DNA of 64,000 bases from Candidatus Iainarchaeum sp. (GCA_016187745.1 JACPJC010000005.1:32001-96000); one strand, 5' to 3'. Numbered from the stretch's first letter, positions 25,644-35,808 are shown. Numbers and translations: made by a program. The notes: generated from the sequence alone by a model not told the origin.

Positions 25644-26885
25644 ATGAGTACTTCCCCAAGCGCCGAGCTTTGCGTCAGGTGCAAAGGGCGCCTTTACTGC
25701 GGCATGCACTATTGTCCAATCCTTGAGCGCTATAAGAGCGCCAGGAGGATTACTTCTGAAATAAAGGGCACTGAATTCTCAGGGAATTCCCCCCCGGGCG
25801 TTTTTGTTTCATGGAATGATTATCCTAACATTTCCTTCGCGCCCATGTCTCCCCCGAAGGTAATGGAAAACGCGGATTTGCTTGACAATCCCGAGAAATG
25901 GTATGGCATTGCGCAGGAGGAAATTATTGCCTTCAGGGAAATACTCATAAGGGGCACAAAGAAATTCAATGCGCTTTCAGCCTCAAATCCCTCCTATGAG
26001 CTTTCCGAAATGCAGGAGATGCTGATGGCCTCAAAGCCCACGGAAGTTGAAATAAAGCTGAAATATGCCCCGAAAATTGAACTGGAATTTGACGCAAGCG
26101 CCGCGCCCTCAGGCCCAGCTGCCCCGCTTGAAAAATTCACACTTGCAGAGAACCCGAAAATCCCCAAGGACATTGATTATGCTGTAAGCGATTTTGACCT
26201 GAAGGCAAACTCCGCGCTGCAGGAACTTTATAAAAAGGAAGTTCCCGTCCATGTGCTCTACAAGCTGCTGAGCGCAGGCCTGCTCGGGGTGCAAAAGAAC
26301 AGAAAATTAACTCCCACCAGGTGGTCCATTACTGCAACCGATTCAAATTTATCCAATGCGATGATTTCGCGCATAAAGGAATTTTCAAAAATTGACTCTT
26401 ACTTGCTTTTCAATTCAAATTATTTGGATAATAATTTCTATGTCCTGCTGTTGCCAAGCGAATGGCAGTTCGAGCAGCTTGAGGCATGGCAGCCCGGAAG
26501 CCCCTGGGCGGGAAATGCTGAAAACGCGTTCATTATTTCGGATTATGAATTTTACAAAGGCAGGACAACATACGCTGACAATGTAACAGGCGCTTATTAC
26601 TCCGCAAGGCTTGCAGTCTGCGAATATCTGACGCAGCAAAAGAAGCAGGCAGGCGCAATAATTTTCCGGGAGATAGGGCCAGATTACAGGGTTCCGCTAG
26701 GGGTATGGCAGATAAGGGAAAATGTAAGATATGCGCTGAAGCAGAAGCCGCTTAATTTCTACTCCCTTGATTTGGCGCTGCATTACATTGACTCAAAGTT
26801 CAGGATTCCGATGAAATTCTGGAAAAGCAAATCAGCGCTCCTTGACGCGCACCTCAGGCAGAGAAGGATGCATGAGTGGTTCTAA
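25644..26885 (+). CDS. nreA: DNA repair protein NreA
   Basis: CVRCKGRLYCG, PTRWSITATD, GVWQIRENVR and C-terminal PIP box QRRMHEWF. Confidence 0.93.
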   Translation: MSTSPSAELCVRCKGRLYCGMHYCPILERYKSARRITSEIKGTEFSGNSPPGVFVSWNDYPNISFAPMSPPKVMENADLLDNPEKWYGIAQEEIIAFREILIRGTKKFNALSASNPSYELSEMQEMLMASKPTEVEIKLKYAPKIELEFDASAAPSGPAAPLEKFTLAENPKIPKDIDYAVSDFDLKANSALQELYKKEVPVHVLYKLLSAGLLGVQKNRKLTPTRWSITATDSNLSNAMISRIKEFSKIDSYLLFNSNYLDNNFYVLLLPSEWQFEQLEAWQPGSPWAGNAENAFIISDYEFYKGRTTYADNVTGAYYSARLAVCEYLTQQKKQAGAIIFREIGPDYRVPLGVWQIRENVRYALKQKPLNFYSLDLALHYIDSKFRIPMKFWKSKSALLDAHLRQRRMHEWF

Positions 26886-26899
26886 CATTTTCTCTTAAT

Positions 26900-27868
26900 T
26901 CATTTCCCCGCATACTTCATGAACTGCGCGAGCAGCGCTTCCAGCTGTATCCTTTCATTTGCGCCCTCAACAATCCTGAAATTGTACTCGCCAATAATGT
27001 CAATCAGCTCAATCTTCGTTTTGCTGTCAATCTCGGTTTCAGGCATGTCAATCAGCTCCCTGTACAACTGCACAATAATGTCCTCCCCGCTCATCCCGTG
27101 CTCATAAAGCAGCGCATCAAGCTTCTGCCGCGCCTCCAGAAATTCATGTTTTAGAATGAGCTTTATCATTTCCTGGATTTCAACAGGCTTTGCGCGCGAT
27201 GCGACATTGTATATTGTGTCCTCATCAATTTTTTTGCCCAGGGAAGCTCCGGCCTGCAGTATGTTAACAGCTTTCCTCAAATCCCCCTCGCTCACGTAAA
27301 TCATCGCCTTTACCGCCTTTTCATCCATCTGCAATGATTCCTTCCCCGCAATATCCTGCAGCTTCTCCTCTATGTGCCTTGAACTCAATGGCTTGAAGCG
27401 GAACAAAACGCATCTGCTCTGCAATGGCTCAATAATGCGCGAAGAGTAATTGCATGAAAGGACAAACCTGCAGGTCTTTGTATAGCGCTCCATTGTCCTT
27501 CTCAGGGCCTGCTGCGCATCCGCTGTTAATGCATCAGACTCATCCAGAAAAATTATCTTGAATTCTGTATTGAAAGCAAGGGTGCGCGCAAAATCCTTTA
27601 TTGTAGAGCGCACAACATCTATTCCCCTCTCATCCGATGCATTCAATTCCAGGAAATTCCTCCCGGTTTCATTCCCATACAATTCCCTTGAAAGGGCAAC
27701 CGCCGCGCTTGTCTTTCCGGTTCCCGCAGGCCCTGAAAACATCAGATTCGGCATGTTCCTGTTTCTCACATATGCCTCCAGGCGCTTAACTATCTCATCG
27801 TGCCCTATTATGTCATTGAGCCTCTGCGGCCTGTATTTTTCCACCCATGGAAGATTGTCAGCAATCAT
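26900..27868 (-). CDS. rfcS: Replication factor C small subunit
   Basis: PWVEKYRP, GPAGTGKT, ELNASDERG, SRC; no intein. Confidence 0.97.
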   Translation of the reverse strand: MIADNLPWVEKYRPQRLNDIIGHDEIVKRLEAYVRNRNMPNLMFSGPAGTGKTSAAVALSRELYGNETGRNFLELNASDERGIDVVRSTIKDFARTLAFNTEFKIIFLDESDALTADAQQALRRTMERYTKTCRFVLSCNYSSRIIEPLQSRCVLFRFKPLSSRHIEEKLQDIAGKESLQMDEKAVKAMIYVSEGDLRKAVNILQAGASLGKKIDEDTIYNVASRAKPVEIQEMIKLILKHEFLEARQKLDALLYEHGMSGEDIIVQLYRELIDMPETEIDSKTKIELIDIIGEYNFRIVEGANERIQLEALLAQFMKYAGK

Positions 27869-27929
27869 GAAGCATCAAAATAATTAGCGTAGGGAACACT
27901 TTTAAAGTGTTTGCAGAACTATTTGTAAT

Positions 27930-28349
27930 ATGAATTTCAACTATGCCGCAAAGTTGATAGTACTCTTCATTTTCTTCTATGCTGTCCTTTTTGCCGTTTC
28001 AAATCTCATCAATCTCGGGCTGACCGCCTGGTCAAACAACCCGATGTTCTGGCTCATGCCCTTTGTGGGCTTCTTTTTCGTGTTCATTGCGATTGACTAC
28101 ATTGACAGGTATCTTGGAATAAAATTCGCAAACACGGTTTTCTTCCCGCTTGCCTTCATAATTGCGTGCTTCATCTCCTACTGGGTAGCGCTTTACATAT
28201 ATTTCGGCAATACCGCCCAGCTTTCAGGGCAGACGGCAGTTGTGTTTGACTTCTGGGAGAAGCTCAGGGCGAGCGCCTTTTTGCTGTTTGTTTTCTCGGG
28301 GCTTTTCGGCTGGCTCTCAAAAATCGCAATGGACAGAATAGGCAAATAA
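27930..28349 (+). CDS. Hypothetical membrane protein (4 TM)
   Basis: Hydrophobic ORF filling the intergenic space. Confidence 0.7.
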   Translation: MNFNYAAKLIVLFIFFYAVLFAVSNLINLGLTAWSNNPMFWLMPFVGFFFVFIAIDYIDRYLGIKFANTVFFPLAFIIACFISYWVALYIYFGNTAQLSGQTAVVFDFWEKLRASAFLLFVFSGLFGWLSKIAMDRIGK

Positions 28350-28398
28350 TGCATCAGAAACTGCGTTTCCCCAGGCTTCCTCATTTTCAGGAGAAATT

Positions 28399-29652
28399 AT
28401 GCCAAATTCAAAAACATTTTACCTTGAAACTTACGGCTGCGCGTTCAACAAGTCAGATTCTGAAATATTGTCGGGGTTCCTGAAGCAGCACAAGTTTTCC
28501 CCCGCTCCGCCGGAAAAGGCGCGCTATATAATAATAAATTCCTGCGCGGTAAAGGAGCCCACGGAAAAGAGAATGCTCTGGCGCATCGGGGAGCTGCAAA
28601 AAACTGCGGAAAAAAGCGGGGCGGAGCTGATTGTTTACGGCTGCCTGCCGAAAATAAATTCAAAAGCAATATCTGAAATTTCCGGAGAAATAACCCAAAT
28701 CGGGCCGGATTTGGGGGAGCTTGCGGATTATTTGCACCTGCATCCCGCGCAGAATGAGCTGGAAATCCCGGAAGAGCGCGCAAACAGATTCATTTCCATA
28801 ATTCCAATATGCAAAGGTTGCTTACAAAACTGCGCATACTGCTGCACCAAATTCGCCCGCGGGAAACTCAAAAGCCAGGGCATTGAAGCGATAAACAAGC
28901 GATTCCAAAGGGCAATTAAAAAAACAAGCGAAATCTGGCTAACCGCGCAGGATTGCGCGGCATATGGCGCGGACATAAAAACAGGCCTTGCTGAATTATT
29001 GGGGGCTTTATTGCAGAACAGGGGCAATTACAGGATAAGGATTGGGATGATGAACCCCCAGCATCTCCTGAAAATATATGGTGAATTTGCGGAAGTGTTT
29101 GATTCCCCGCGCATATACAAATTTTTGCATGTTCCGCTGCAATCCGGCTCCGACCGCATACTGAAGCTGATGGGAAGGGGCTACCGCGCAGATGATTTTT
29201 TGGGCTTGGCAAAAAAACTGAAAAAGGAATTCCCGGAACTTTCGCTCAGCACAGACATTATTGTGGGTTTCCCCTCGGAAACTGAAAGCGATTTCAGAAA
29301 GACAATTGAAACAATTGAAAAAATAAGGCCTGACATTGTGAATATTTCAAAATTCGGCGCAAGGCCGGGAACAAGGGCAAAGGAAATGGAACTGCAAGTT
29401 GATGGCGCAATAATAAACAGGCGCTCCGCGCTGCTGAGCAGAATATGCAGGGAAATCGGGCTTGAAACTAACAGGGAAATGATTGGAAAAAAAGCCCGGG
29501 TACTGGTTTCAGGGAAGGGCTCAAAATCCGGCTTTATTGGAAGGGCTGAAAACTACAAGCCGGTACTGCTGCGCAAAAACCTTCTCGGGAAGTTTGCCAA
29601 TGTGAAAATAACCGGCGCAAGGCAGAATTACCTTGAATGCAAACTGATTTAA
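28399..29652 (+). CDS. tRNA methylthiotransferase (MiaB/MtaB family, radical SAM + TRAM)
   Basis: ETYGCAFN, NSCAVK, GCLQNCAYC, HVPLQSGSD, DIIVGFP. Confidence 0.93.
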   Translation: MPNSKTFYLETYGCAFNKSDSEILSGFLKQHKFSPAPPEKARYIIINSCAVKEPTEKRMLWRIGELQKTAEKSGAELIVYGCLPKINSKAISEISGEITQIGPDLGELADYLHLHPAQNELEIPEERANRFISIIPICKGCLQNCAYCCTKFARGKLKSQGIEAINKRFQRAIKKTSEIWLTAQDCAAYGADIKTGLAELLGALLQNRGNYRIRIGMMNPQHLLKIYGEFAEVFDSPRIYKFLHVPLQSGSDRILKLMGRGYRADDFLGLAKKLKKEFPELSLSTDIIVGFPSETESDFRKTIETIEKIRPDIVNISKFGARPGTRAKEMELQVDGAIINRRSALLSRICREIGLETNREMIGKKARVLVSGKGSKSGFIGRAENYKPVLLRKNLLGKFANVKITGARQNYLECKLI

Positions 29653-29690
29653 ATTCCTTTCTTTCCAAGATTATAGCAAGGGGTGCATTT

Positions 29691-30416
29691 ATGGATTTGC
29701 TTACCGTTGCAGAGGAATACATTTCAAACTACAGGATTGCGCTTGGCTTCGGCATACTTCTCGTTTTCGTAATCTTTTTCGCGCAGTTCTCCGGCCTGTA
29801 CATAAGCTCAGGCTCAATCTTCATGGAATACAACCTCATGCAGCAGAATGTTTTCACAATTCTCCCGCAGATTGGCGCAATTCTGGTATACCTTGCAATG
29901 TTCTCAACCTTTGTTACCCTCCTTGTTTTTGCAGTGAAGAACGACCTGAACGTTACGAAGCGCCTTTATTACTTCACTGAGAAAATGCAGAAGTTCGGCG
30001 CAAGGGTCTTTGTTTTCTACGCAATAATGATTGCGGCGCTTTCCATTCTGGGCGCGCTTCTGATAGCGGGCGGGGCAAGCACCATTGTTACTGCACTAAT
30101 ACTGCTTGTTATTTCACTCCCCTTCATTTTTGTCGTGCAGGCGCTCATAGTGGAGGAATGCTCGCTCCGCAATGCAATACTCTATAATTTTGAATTCATC
30201 TCCGAAAACATTGACACAACAATCTATGTTATTGTGATTTCCGCAGCGCTTCTCGCAGGCCTGCAAATTGCGGAATTCTATCTCGACTCCTTTGCCCTCT
30301 CCGGAAAATTCGTCTCGCTGCTCATAATGCTGGTCCTTATAGTGCCGCTGGTTGAAATCCTGAAAACAGCCGCATACATAGTGCAGAAATTCACGCTTGT
30401 AAGAAGAGTTGTATGA
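29691..30416 (+). CDS. Hypothetical multi-pass membrane protein
   Basis: About 6 TM helices; start probably at MDLLTVAEE. Confidence 0.7.
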   Translation: MDLLTVAEEYISNYRIALGFGILLVFVIFFAQFSGLYISSGSIFMEYNLMQQNVFTILPQIGAILVYLAMFSTFVTLLVFAVKNDLNVTKRLYYFTEKMQKFGARVFVFYAIMIAALSILGALLIAGGASTIVTALILLVISLPFIFVVQALIVEECSLRNAILYNFEFISENIDTTIYVIVISAALLAGLQIAEFYLDSFALSGKFVSLLIMLVLIVPLVEILKTAAYIVQKFTLVRRVV

Positions 30417-30421
30417 CCCTA

Positions 30422-32071
30422 TCACATTGCAACGCACTCCGCATTGCCGGCAAGGAGCTTTTGCACATCACTAATGCTGCCTGCGGCGCAGGGCATTGAA
30501 TAATATTTCCTAACTATGAAATCGCTCTTCATGAACTGCCCCGTGGATTCCGTTTCGGAAGCCCTGTAGCTGAATTTCCTTGAATTTTCATATGCAAACC
30601 TTTCCCCTGCCTCATCATCCGAAGCAGGCGCAATAATCCATTCCGCCCCCAGCGATTTTCTTATTGCATCCATTGTGCGCTCAGCAAATTTCATTGTTTC
30701 CTTTGCATTTTCCCCGGAAAATGCCGCCGCAGCGCCAAACAGCGAATCAATGCAGAGCATCGGCGCAAATGAATCCAGCCCGATGCCCCTTTCTTTCAAG
30801 TATGCGCGCTGCCCCAATTGCAGAAGCTTTATTTCCGCAATCTTCTTCGCGGAATTAATGCATTTTTCCAGCTGCCCGAAGAAATCCGCGTCATTCCCCC
30901 TTGCGGACAGCGCAATGCCCGTAAGGTTCGCATTTACGCAGGAAAGGATTCCGTTCCTGAATTTCGAATAGAAGCCCTGCGCAAGCGGTCTGAGATTGTT
31001 GCTCTTGCAGTTTAGCACGTATGCGCCCCTGCGCAGCGCAGCGCCTTTAAGCAGCTTCAGCTCCGCCGGCGAATCAACCGCTATCTTGAATGTGAATTTT
31101 CCATCATATCCCGCGCTTCCCAGAAGAAGCGCGTTTGCAAATTCTATTGCCGCTGACTTCCCATCCTTCCTTACCTGCATGCCCTCGGGCGCAAAAAGAC
31201 TTATCCCTATCGTGCATTTTCCATTAAATGCGCCGAATGCCCTGAAAAAAAGACTGGAAGTTTCCGCAATCTTCCTATTTCCCGCATTCACAAGGTGCTT
31301 TGAAATTGCCATGTTAAGCGCCTCAACTGAAATCGGGAGGGAAAAAAATTCCCGGATTTCCGCAATCCTTTCCCCAAGCCCGAAAATGAAATCCTCCGCG
31401 CTTGCAGCCTCCTTAATCTCATTCGCAGGGATGCAGTACGCATAGGGCTTTGTTGGAAAATCCCCAAGCGCTGAAATGTGGATTTCGGCGGAAAAATGCC
31501 GCTCCCTTATCTCCTGCGGAATGAGCCTCTGCAGGGAATATCCCTTCAGCAGCTCGCAATTCCCGTAAAAGCCCTTTGAAATCTTTTCAGCGATGTCATA
31601 TGAGGGAAGGCCAATCCTTGCATACTGCCTGTAAATGTTCTCATAGCCGTATTCCAATAGCCTTGCATTCACAAGCTCGCGTATAAGCGCAGTATCCAAA
31701 TATGAAATTTTAAGGTCCTTGATTTTCCCCTCAACCTCATGGCCTATCCTCTCAGCTATTGCCCTCGGCAGGCTTGTTTCCTTCAGGAGCGACTTTATTA
31801 TGTTGCCCCTGTCAAAACCCTCAATCCTCTCCCCTGAAGTATGAACATGCATCCTGTGGAAGCTCGCATACACTTCCGCTGCCTCAGGGTTTATCCCGCG
31901 GAGCAGTGAAATTGCCTCTTTTCGCAGCTCTTCAATGTCAAGGGTTTCCCTCTCAGAAAGGGATTTTATTATTTTCACGACATCCCATTTTGAGGCGCCG
32001 GCTTCCTCGCACTCAAGCGCTATTTTCCCTATGGTTTCATTCATCGGCTGCGCCGAGTGCTGCTGCATCAT
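30422..32071 (-). CDS. ATP-cone protein homologous to anaerobic ribonucleotide reductase NrdD, lacking the glycyl-radical C-terminus
   Basis: VHTSGERIEGFDRGNIIKSL...TALIRELVNARL (ATP cone); RIGLPSYD, HFSAEIHISAL (NrdD N-terminal motifs); no R(V/I)xGY motif. Confidence 0.7.
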   Translation of the reverse strand: MMQQHSAQPMNETIGKIALECEEAGASKWDVVKIIKSLSERETLDIEELRKEAISLLRGINPEAAEVYASFHRMHVHTSGERIEGFDRGNIIKSLLKETSLPRAIAERIGHEVEGKIKDLKISYLDTALIRELVNARLLEYGYENIYRQYARIGLPSYDIAEKISKGFYGNCELLKGYSLQRLIPQEIRERHFSAEIHISALGDFPTKPYAYCIPANEIKEAASAEDFIFGLGERIAEIREFFSLPISVEALNMAISKHLVNAGNRKIAETSSLFFRAFGAFNGKCTIGISLFAPEGMQVRKDGKSAAIEFANALLLGSAGYDGKFTFKIAVDSPAELKLLKGAALRRGAYVLNCKSNNLRPLAQGFYSKFRNGILSCVNANLTGIALSARGNDADFFGQLEKCINSAKKIAEIKLLQLGQRAYLKERGIGLDSFAPMLCIDSLFGAAAAFSGENAKETMKFAERTMDAIRKSLGAEWIIAPASDDEAGERFAYENSRKFSYRASETESTGQFMKSDFIVRKYYSMPCAAGSISDVQKLLAGNAECVAM

Positions 32072-32160
32072 AGGATTATGCGCGCAAAAGTAATAAACCT
32101 TGCTTTCGGAAAACAAACTTTTATATAATCTTGCGTTTGGAATATTAACAGGGAGATAGC

Positions 32161-32634
32161 ATGGAGCTGACTTTGGATAAAATTGACCATAAAATAATTC
32201 AGAAACTGCTTGAGGACGGAAGGGCGAGCTTCTCGGCAATTGCAAAGGAGATTGCGCTTACTGATGTTGCGATAAAGAAGCGCGTTGAGCGCCTGAAGAA
32301 GCGCGGCATAATTTCCAACATTTCCGCCGAGCTCAATCTGAAGGTATTGGGCTATGAAAATCCCATATTTGTGCAGATACGCACGGAAATGAGCAAAAAC
32401 AAGGATGTCATAAAGCGCCTGAAAGAACTTGATTACATTGTTGAATTGTATCAAATCCTCGGCGAATACAACCTTCTTGCAAAGCTGATAGTTCCGAACA
32501 TTGAAAGCGCGGAAACCTTCATAAACAAGCTTGGAACCTTTGATGGAATTTTAGATGTGAAAACCCAGGTAATTCTCACAGAGCTGAAAAAGACCAATAC
32601 GCTTCCCGCGCACTCGCTTCAGAAGAAGCTCTGA
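32161..32634 (+). CDS. Lrp/AsnC family regulator
   Basis: LDKIDHKIIQKLLEDGRASFSAIAK HTH plus RAM domain. Confidence 0.93.
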   Translation: MELTLDKIDHKIIQKLLEDGRASFSAIAKEIALTDVAIKKRVERLKKRGIISNISAELNLKVLGYENPIFVQIRTEMSKNKDVIKRLKELDYIVELYQILGEYNLLAKLIVPNIESAETFINKLGTFDGILDVKTQVILTELKKTNTLPAHSLQKKL

Positions 32635-32639
32635 TTGCT

Positions 32640-33293
32640 ATGGCCGGCAGATATAACAGGATTAATTTGGCAAGGCTTAAGAAATTCCTTAAGCTCACAG
32701 GCGGAAATATTAACAAAGCAGCCGGGCTGCATGGAAAAATTACAACTGAAGCCGCGAGGCTGGCTGTTTTGAATAATAAAGCGCTTAAGGAATTCAGGAA
32801 AAAGGGAGGACAGGGTTCTGTAATGAGGGTGGCAGACCCCAATCTCAAAAAACTTGCCGGAAAGAATTCAGCATTTGAAAGGGATTTGGCGTGGCAGGAA
32901 ACAATCCAGAAAGTGCTCGCAGCAAAAAACGTGAAAGAAGCCGCAGAACACCTGAATATAAATAAGGCTGGCCTGTACTCAAGGCTTAATCTCATTGGGG
33001 GAGTTAAAACATTTCTAAGAGATGAAAAACAGGCAAGACCAAAAACCACCACAAGGATTTTTGACGCAAAATTAATAAAGTTTGCAAGGGAATACCCCGG
33101 CCTGACAAGGCAGTTTGCAATACTGGATACTGTCTGGAAGAATAAAATAACAGGGAATGCGGAAAGGACCGCAAAAGCGATGAAACTTAAGGAAATAACA
33201 GTTTTCAAGAGGCTCCAGAACGCAAACGGCGCAATGGCCGCCCTTAGGGCACGGCTCCCGAATAAAACGCTCAGGGAACTGAAACTGCGCTGA
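32640..33293 (+). CDS. Basic hypothetical protein with three Fis-like HTH repeats
   Basis: GGNINKAAGLHG, NVKEAAEHLNINKAGLYSRL, GNAERTAKAMKLKEITVFKRL. Confidence 0.65.
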   Translation: MAGRYNRINLARLKKFLKLTGGNINKAAGLHGKITTEAARLAVLNNKALKEFRKKGGQGSVMRVADPNLKKLAGKNSAFERDLAWQETIQKVLAAKNVKEAAEHLNINKAGLYSRLNLIGGVKTFLRDEKQARPKTTTRIFDAKLIKFAREYPGLTRQFAILDTVWKNKITGNAERTAKAMKLKEITVFKRLQNANGAMAALRARLPNKTLRELKLR

Positions 33294-33337
33294 GTTGGCT
33301 TTTTATTACTTTTTGAATTCAAAGTTTGTTGATTGGC

Positions 33338-35563
33338 ATGATAGTGGTAATAACAGAGAAGGCCATTGCGGGCAACAGGATTGCGGGAATACTTTCCGGG
33401 GGGGACTTGAAGGAGGAGATGCGCGAGGGAATTCCCTTCTGGATTTTCGAAAGGGCAAACAAGCAATTTGCAGTTGTGCCATTGAAAGGGCATATTGTTG
33501 AACTGGATTTTCCGCCGCAGTACAAGCACTGGTTGGGAACTGACCTTAGAAAACTGAATTCCGCGCCAATCGAATACCTTCCCTCTGAAAAAAGGATTGT
33601 TGCGCTGCTTGAGAAAACAGCAAAGGGCGCCGATTCCGTAATTGTTGCAACTGATGCGGACAGGGAAGGGGAATCAATAGGGGTTGAGGCGCTGAATTTC
33701 ATGAAGGCAGTTAACCCAAAATTGAAAGCAGAGCGCGCCTATTTCTCGGCTATTACCCCACAGGACATAAATGAGGCATTTGGAAAGCTTGCAGAGGTTG
33801 ATTACAATCTGGCGGATTCCGCGGATGCGCGCAGGGAAATTGATTTGATATGGGGCGCAGTTCTCACGCGCTTCCTTTCCCTAGTTTCGGGGAGGATGGG
33901 TCATGAGTTTCTGAGCATAGGGCGCGTGCAGGGCCCTACCCTAAAAATAATTGTGGACAGGGAAAAGGAGAGGCTCGCCTTTTCCAGCAAAAAATACTGG
34001 GTTGTAAAGGCGATTTTTGAAAAGGAGAAGAAGGAGTTTGAGGCGATTCACAAAAAGGCGCGCCTCTGGGCAAAAGAGGAGGCGGAAGCCATCCTCAAGA
34101 AAAAAGCCCCAAGCGGAACTGTTGTGAAAGTTGAATCGCACAAAAGGGGCATAAGCCGGCCGATTCCCTTCAGCACAACCGGCTTTTTGCGCGCCGCAAC
34201 TCTGCTGGGATTTTCCGCAGGGGAGGCGATGAGCATTGCGGAAACCCTCTACATGCAGGGATATATTTCCTATCCCAGAACGGACAACACAGCATATCCG
34301 AAAACCCTTAACCTAAAGCAAATCCTTAATGAGCTGCTCAAAGGCGAATTTGCGCCGCTTGCTGAAAAAATCCTCGCGCTTGGAAAATTAATCCCGAGTT
34401 TCGGGAAAGAAACAAAGGACCATCCGCCAATCCATCCCGTCGCTTCAGCCCCAAAAAACAAAATCAGCGAAAGGGAGTGGAGGATTTACGAGCTGATTGT
34501 AAGGAATTTCCTTGCGACGCTCGCGGAGGATGCGCAGGTTGAAACAACAACAGTTGAAATTGACCTGAACTCGGAGCCCTTCATTGCAACAGGCCTGGTA
34601 ATACTTTCCCCGGGCTGGAAGGAATTCTATCCATATATTGCGCTAAAGGAAGTTACGCTTCCAAAGCTCCAGAAGGGCGATGTTGTGCTGCTGAAAAAAC
34701 TGGAAATGCTCGAGAAGGAGACCCAGCCCCCGACGCGCTACTCCCAGGGCGCGCTGATAAAGCTGATGGAGCAGTTGGGAATAGGCACAAAATCAACGCG
34801 CCATGAAATTATAAAAAAACTGTATCTGCGCAATTACATTTCCGGAATAAAATCCATCGAGCCCCATAAAATTGCGTTTGCAATAATTGCCGTGCTCGAC
34901 AAGTACTCGCAAAAAGTTGTGAAGCCGGAAATGACCTCTGATTTGGAAAAGGAAATGGACTTTGTTGCGGAGGGAAAAAAGAAGAAGGAAGAGATTGTTG
35001 ACGGAAGCAGGGGCGCGCTTGCAAGCATTTTGGATGAGTTGCTGCAGAACAAGGACAAGATCGGAAGCGAACTGAGGACCGCGCTGAGGCAGGACACAAT
35101 CCTTGCAAAATGCACAAGCTGCCCGGGGGATTTGCGCATAATAAAAAGCCGTTTCGGAAAGCGCTTCCTCGGCTGCACAAACTATCCCAAATGCACAACC
35201 ACTTATCCGCTTCCCCAGAAGGGAATCATTTCCCTTGGGAAGGAGCCCTGCAAGGAATGCGGCAAATTCACAATTGCAATAAAAGGCACGCGCTACAGGT
35301 TTGAGATGTGCATTGACCCCAACTGCAAAACAAAGGACGAGTGGAAGGCAAAAGCCGCGGCAAAAAAAGCGGAGGAAGCCGCGGCGCTTGAGGCGGAAAA
35401 ATTATCCGGCAAAAAAACTGAAGCAGGAATTGAAGCCGCAAAAAAGCCCGAAGCGCAGGCAGAAAAGGCAATTGGAAAGAAAGTGGAAATCAAGCCAATA
35501 AAGCCGCAGGAAAAAAAGGCAAAGCCAAAAGCCGTTAAAATTAAAAAAGAAAAGGGGCAGTGA
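33338..35563 (+). CDS. topA: DNA topoisomerase IA
   Basis: ITEK, ATDADREGE, GRVQGPTL, ISYPRTD, GIGTKSTR, C-terminal Zn ribbons and Lys/Ala-rich tail. Confidence 0.97.
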   Translation: MIVVITEKAIAGNRIAGILSGGDLKEEMREGIPFWIFERANKQFAVVPLKGHIVELDFPPQYKHWLGTDLRKLNSAPIEYLPSEKRIVALLEKTAKGADSVIVATDADREGESIGVEALNFMKAVNPKLKAERAYFSAITPQDINEAFGKLAEVDYNLADSADARREIDLIWGAVLTRFLSLVSGRMGHEFLSIGRVQGPTLKIIVDREKERLAFSSKKYWVVKAIFEKEKKEFEAIHKKARLWAKEEAEAILKKKAPSGTVVKVESHKRGISRPIPFSTTGFLRAATLLGFSAGEAMSIAETLYMQGYISYPRTDNTAYPKTLNLKQILNELLKGEFAPLAEKILALGKLIPSFGKETKDHPPIHPVASAPKNKISEREWRIYELIVRNFLATLAEDAQVETTTVEIDLNSEPFIATGLVILSPGWKEFYPYIALKEVTLPKLQKGDVVLLKKLEMLEKETQPPTRYSQGALIKLMEQLGIGTKSTRHEIIKKLYLRNYISGIKSIEPHKIAFAIIAVLDKYSQKVVKPEMTSDLEKEMDFVAEGKKKKEEIVDGSRGALASILDELLQNKDKIGSELRTALRQDTILAKCTSCPGDLRIIKSRFGKRFLGCTNYPKCTTTYPLPQKGIISLGKEPCKECGKFTIAIKGTRYRFEMCIDPNCKTKDEWKAKAAAKKAEEAAALEAEKLSGKKTEAGIEAAKKPEAQAEKAIGKKVEIKPIKPQEKKAKPKAVKIKKEKGQ

Positions 35564-35580
35564 AAAATAAAAAAAAGTTT

Positions 35581-35695
35581 AAGAGGGGGATCAGGATATT
35601 TTTTAAAAAAATATACCATTTAAGCCTGGTGAGCCTATCCCCCTCTTTTGTGAATAATTCTAGGTTTTAGATTTATTCCCCCCTTCTGAGTTGTA
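35581..35695 (-). ncRNA. Candidate structured non-coding RNA
   Basis: Minus-strand BRE/TATA near 35718-35733, two hairpin domains, then a T-tract; no ORF. Confidence 0.35.
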
Positions 35696-35808
35696 TAACT
35701 ATTGCATCATATCTTCCTTATATAAATTCTTTGGCTATAATTGTGCTGAAATGGATAGCTATTTTAATTTAATTGTTCTGGAATATATAATAAAGAGGGC
35801 ATATCTAT

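Noticed and set aside
26900-27868. Inteins in RFC-S (also checked TopA, Cdc48, Cdc6)
   Set aside because: Protein lengths and motif spacing are normal; no intein signatures
32072-32245. N-terminal extension of the NrdD-like ORF
   Set aside because: Overlaps the divergent Lrp gene and the shared promoter; ATG 32071 or 32044 is more plausible
32576-33529. 317 aa minus-strand ORF
   Set aside because: Antisense shadow of the multi-HTH gene and topA; Phe/Ser/Leu-rich composition is expected opposite Lys/Glu-rich codons
35340-35563. Lys/Ala/Glu-rich low-complexity repeat
   Set aside because: Ordinary basic C-terminal tail of topoisomerase IA, not a DNA repeat element
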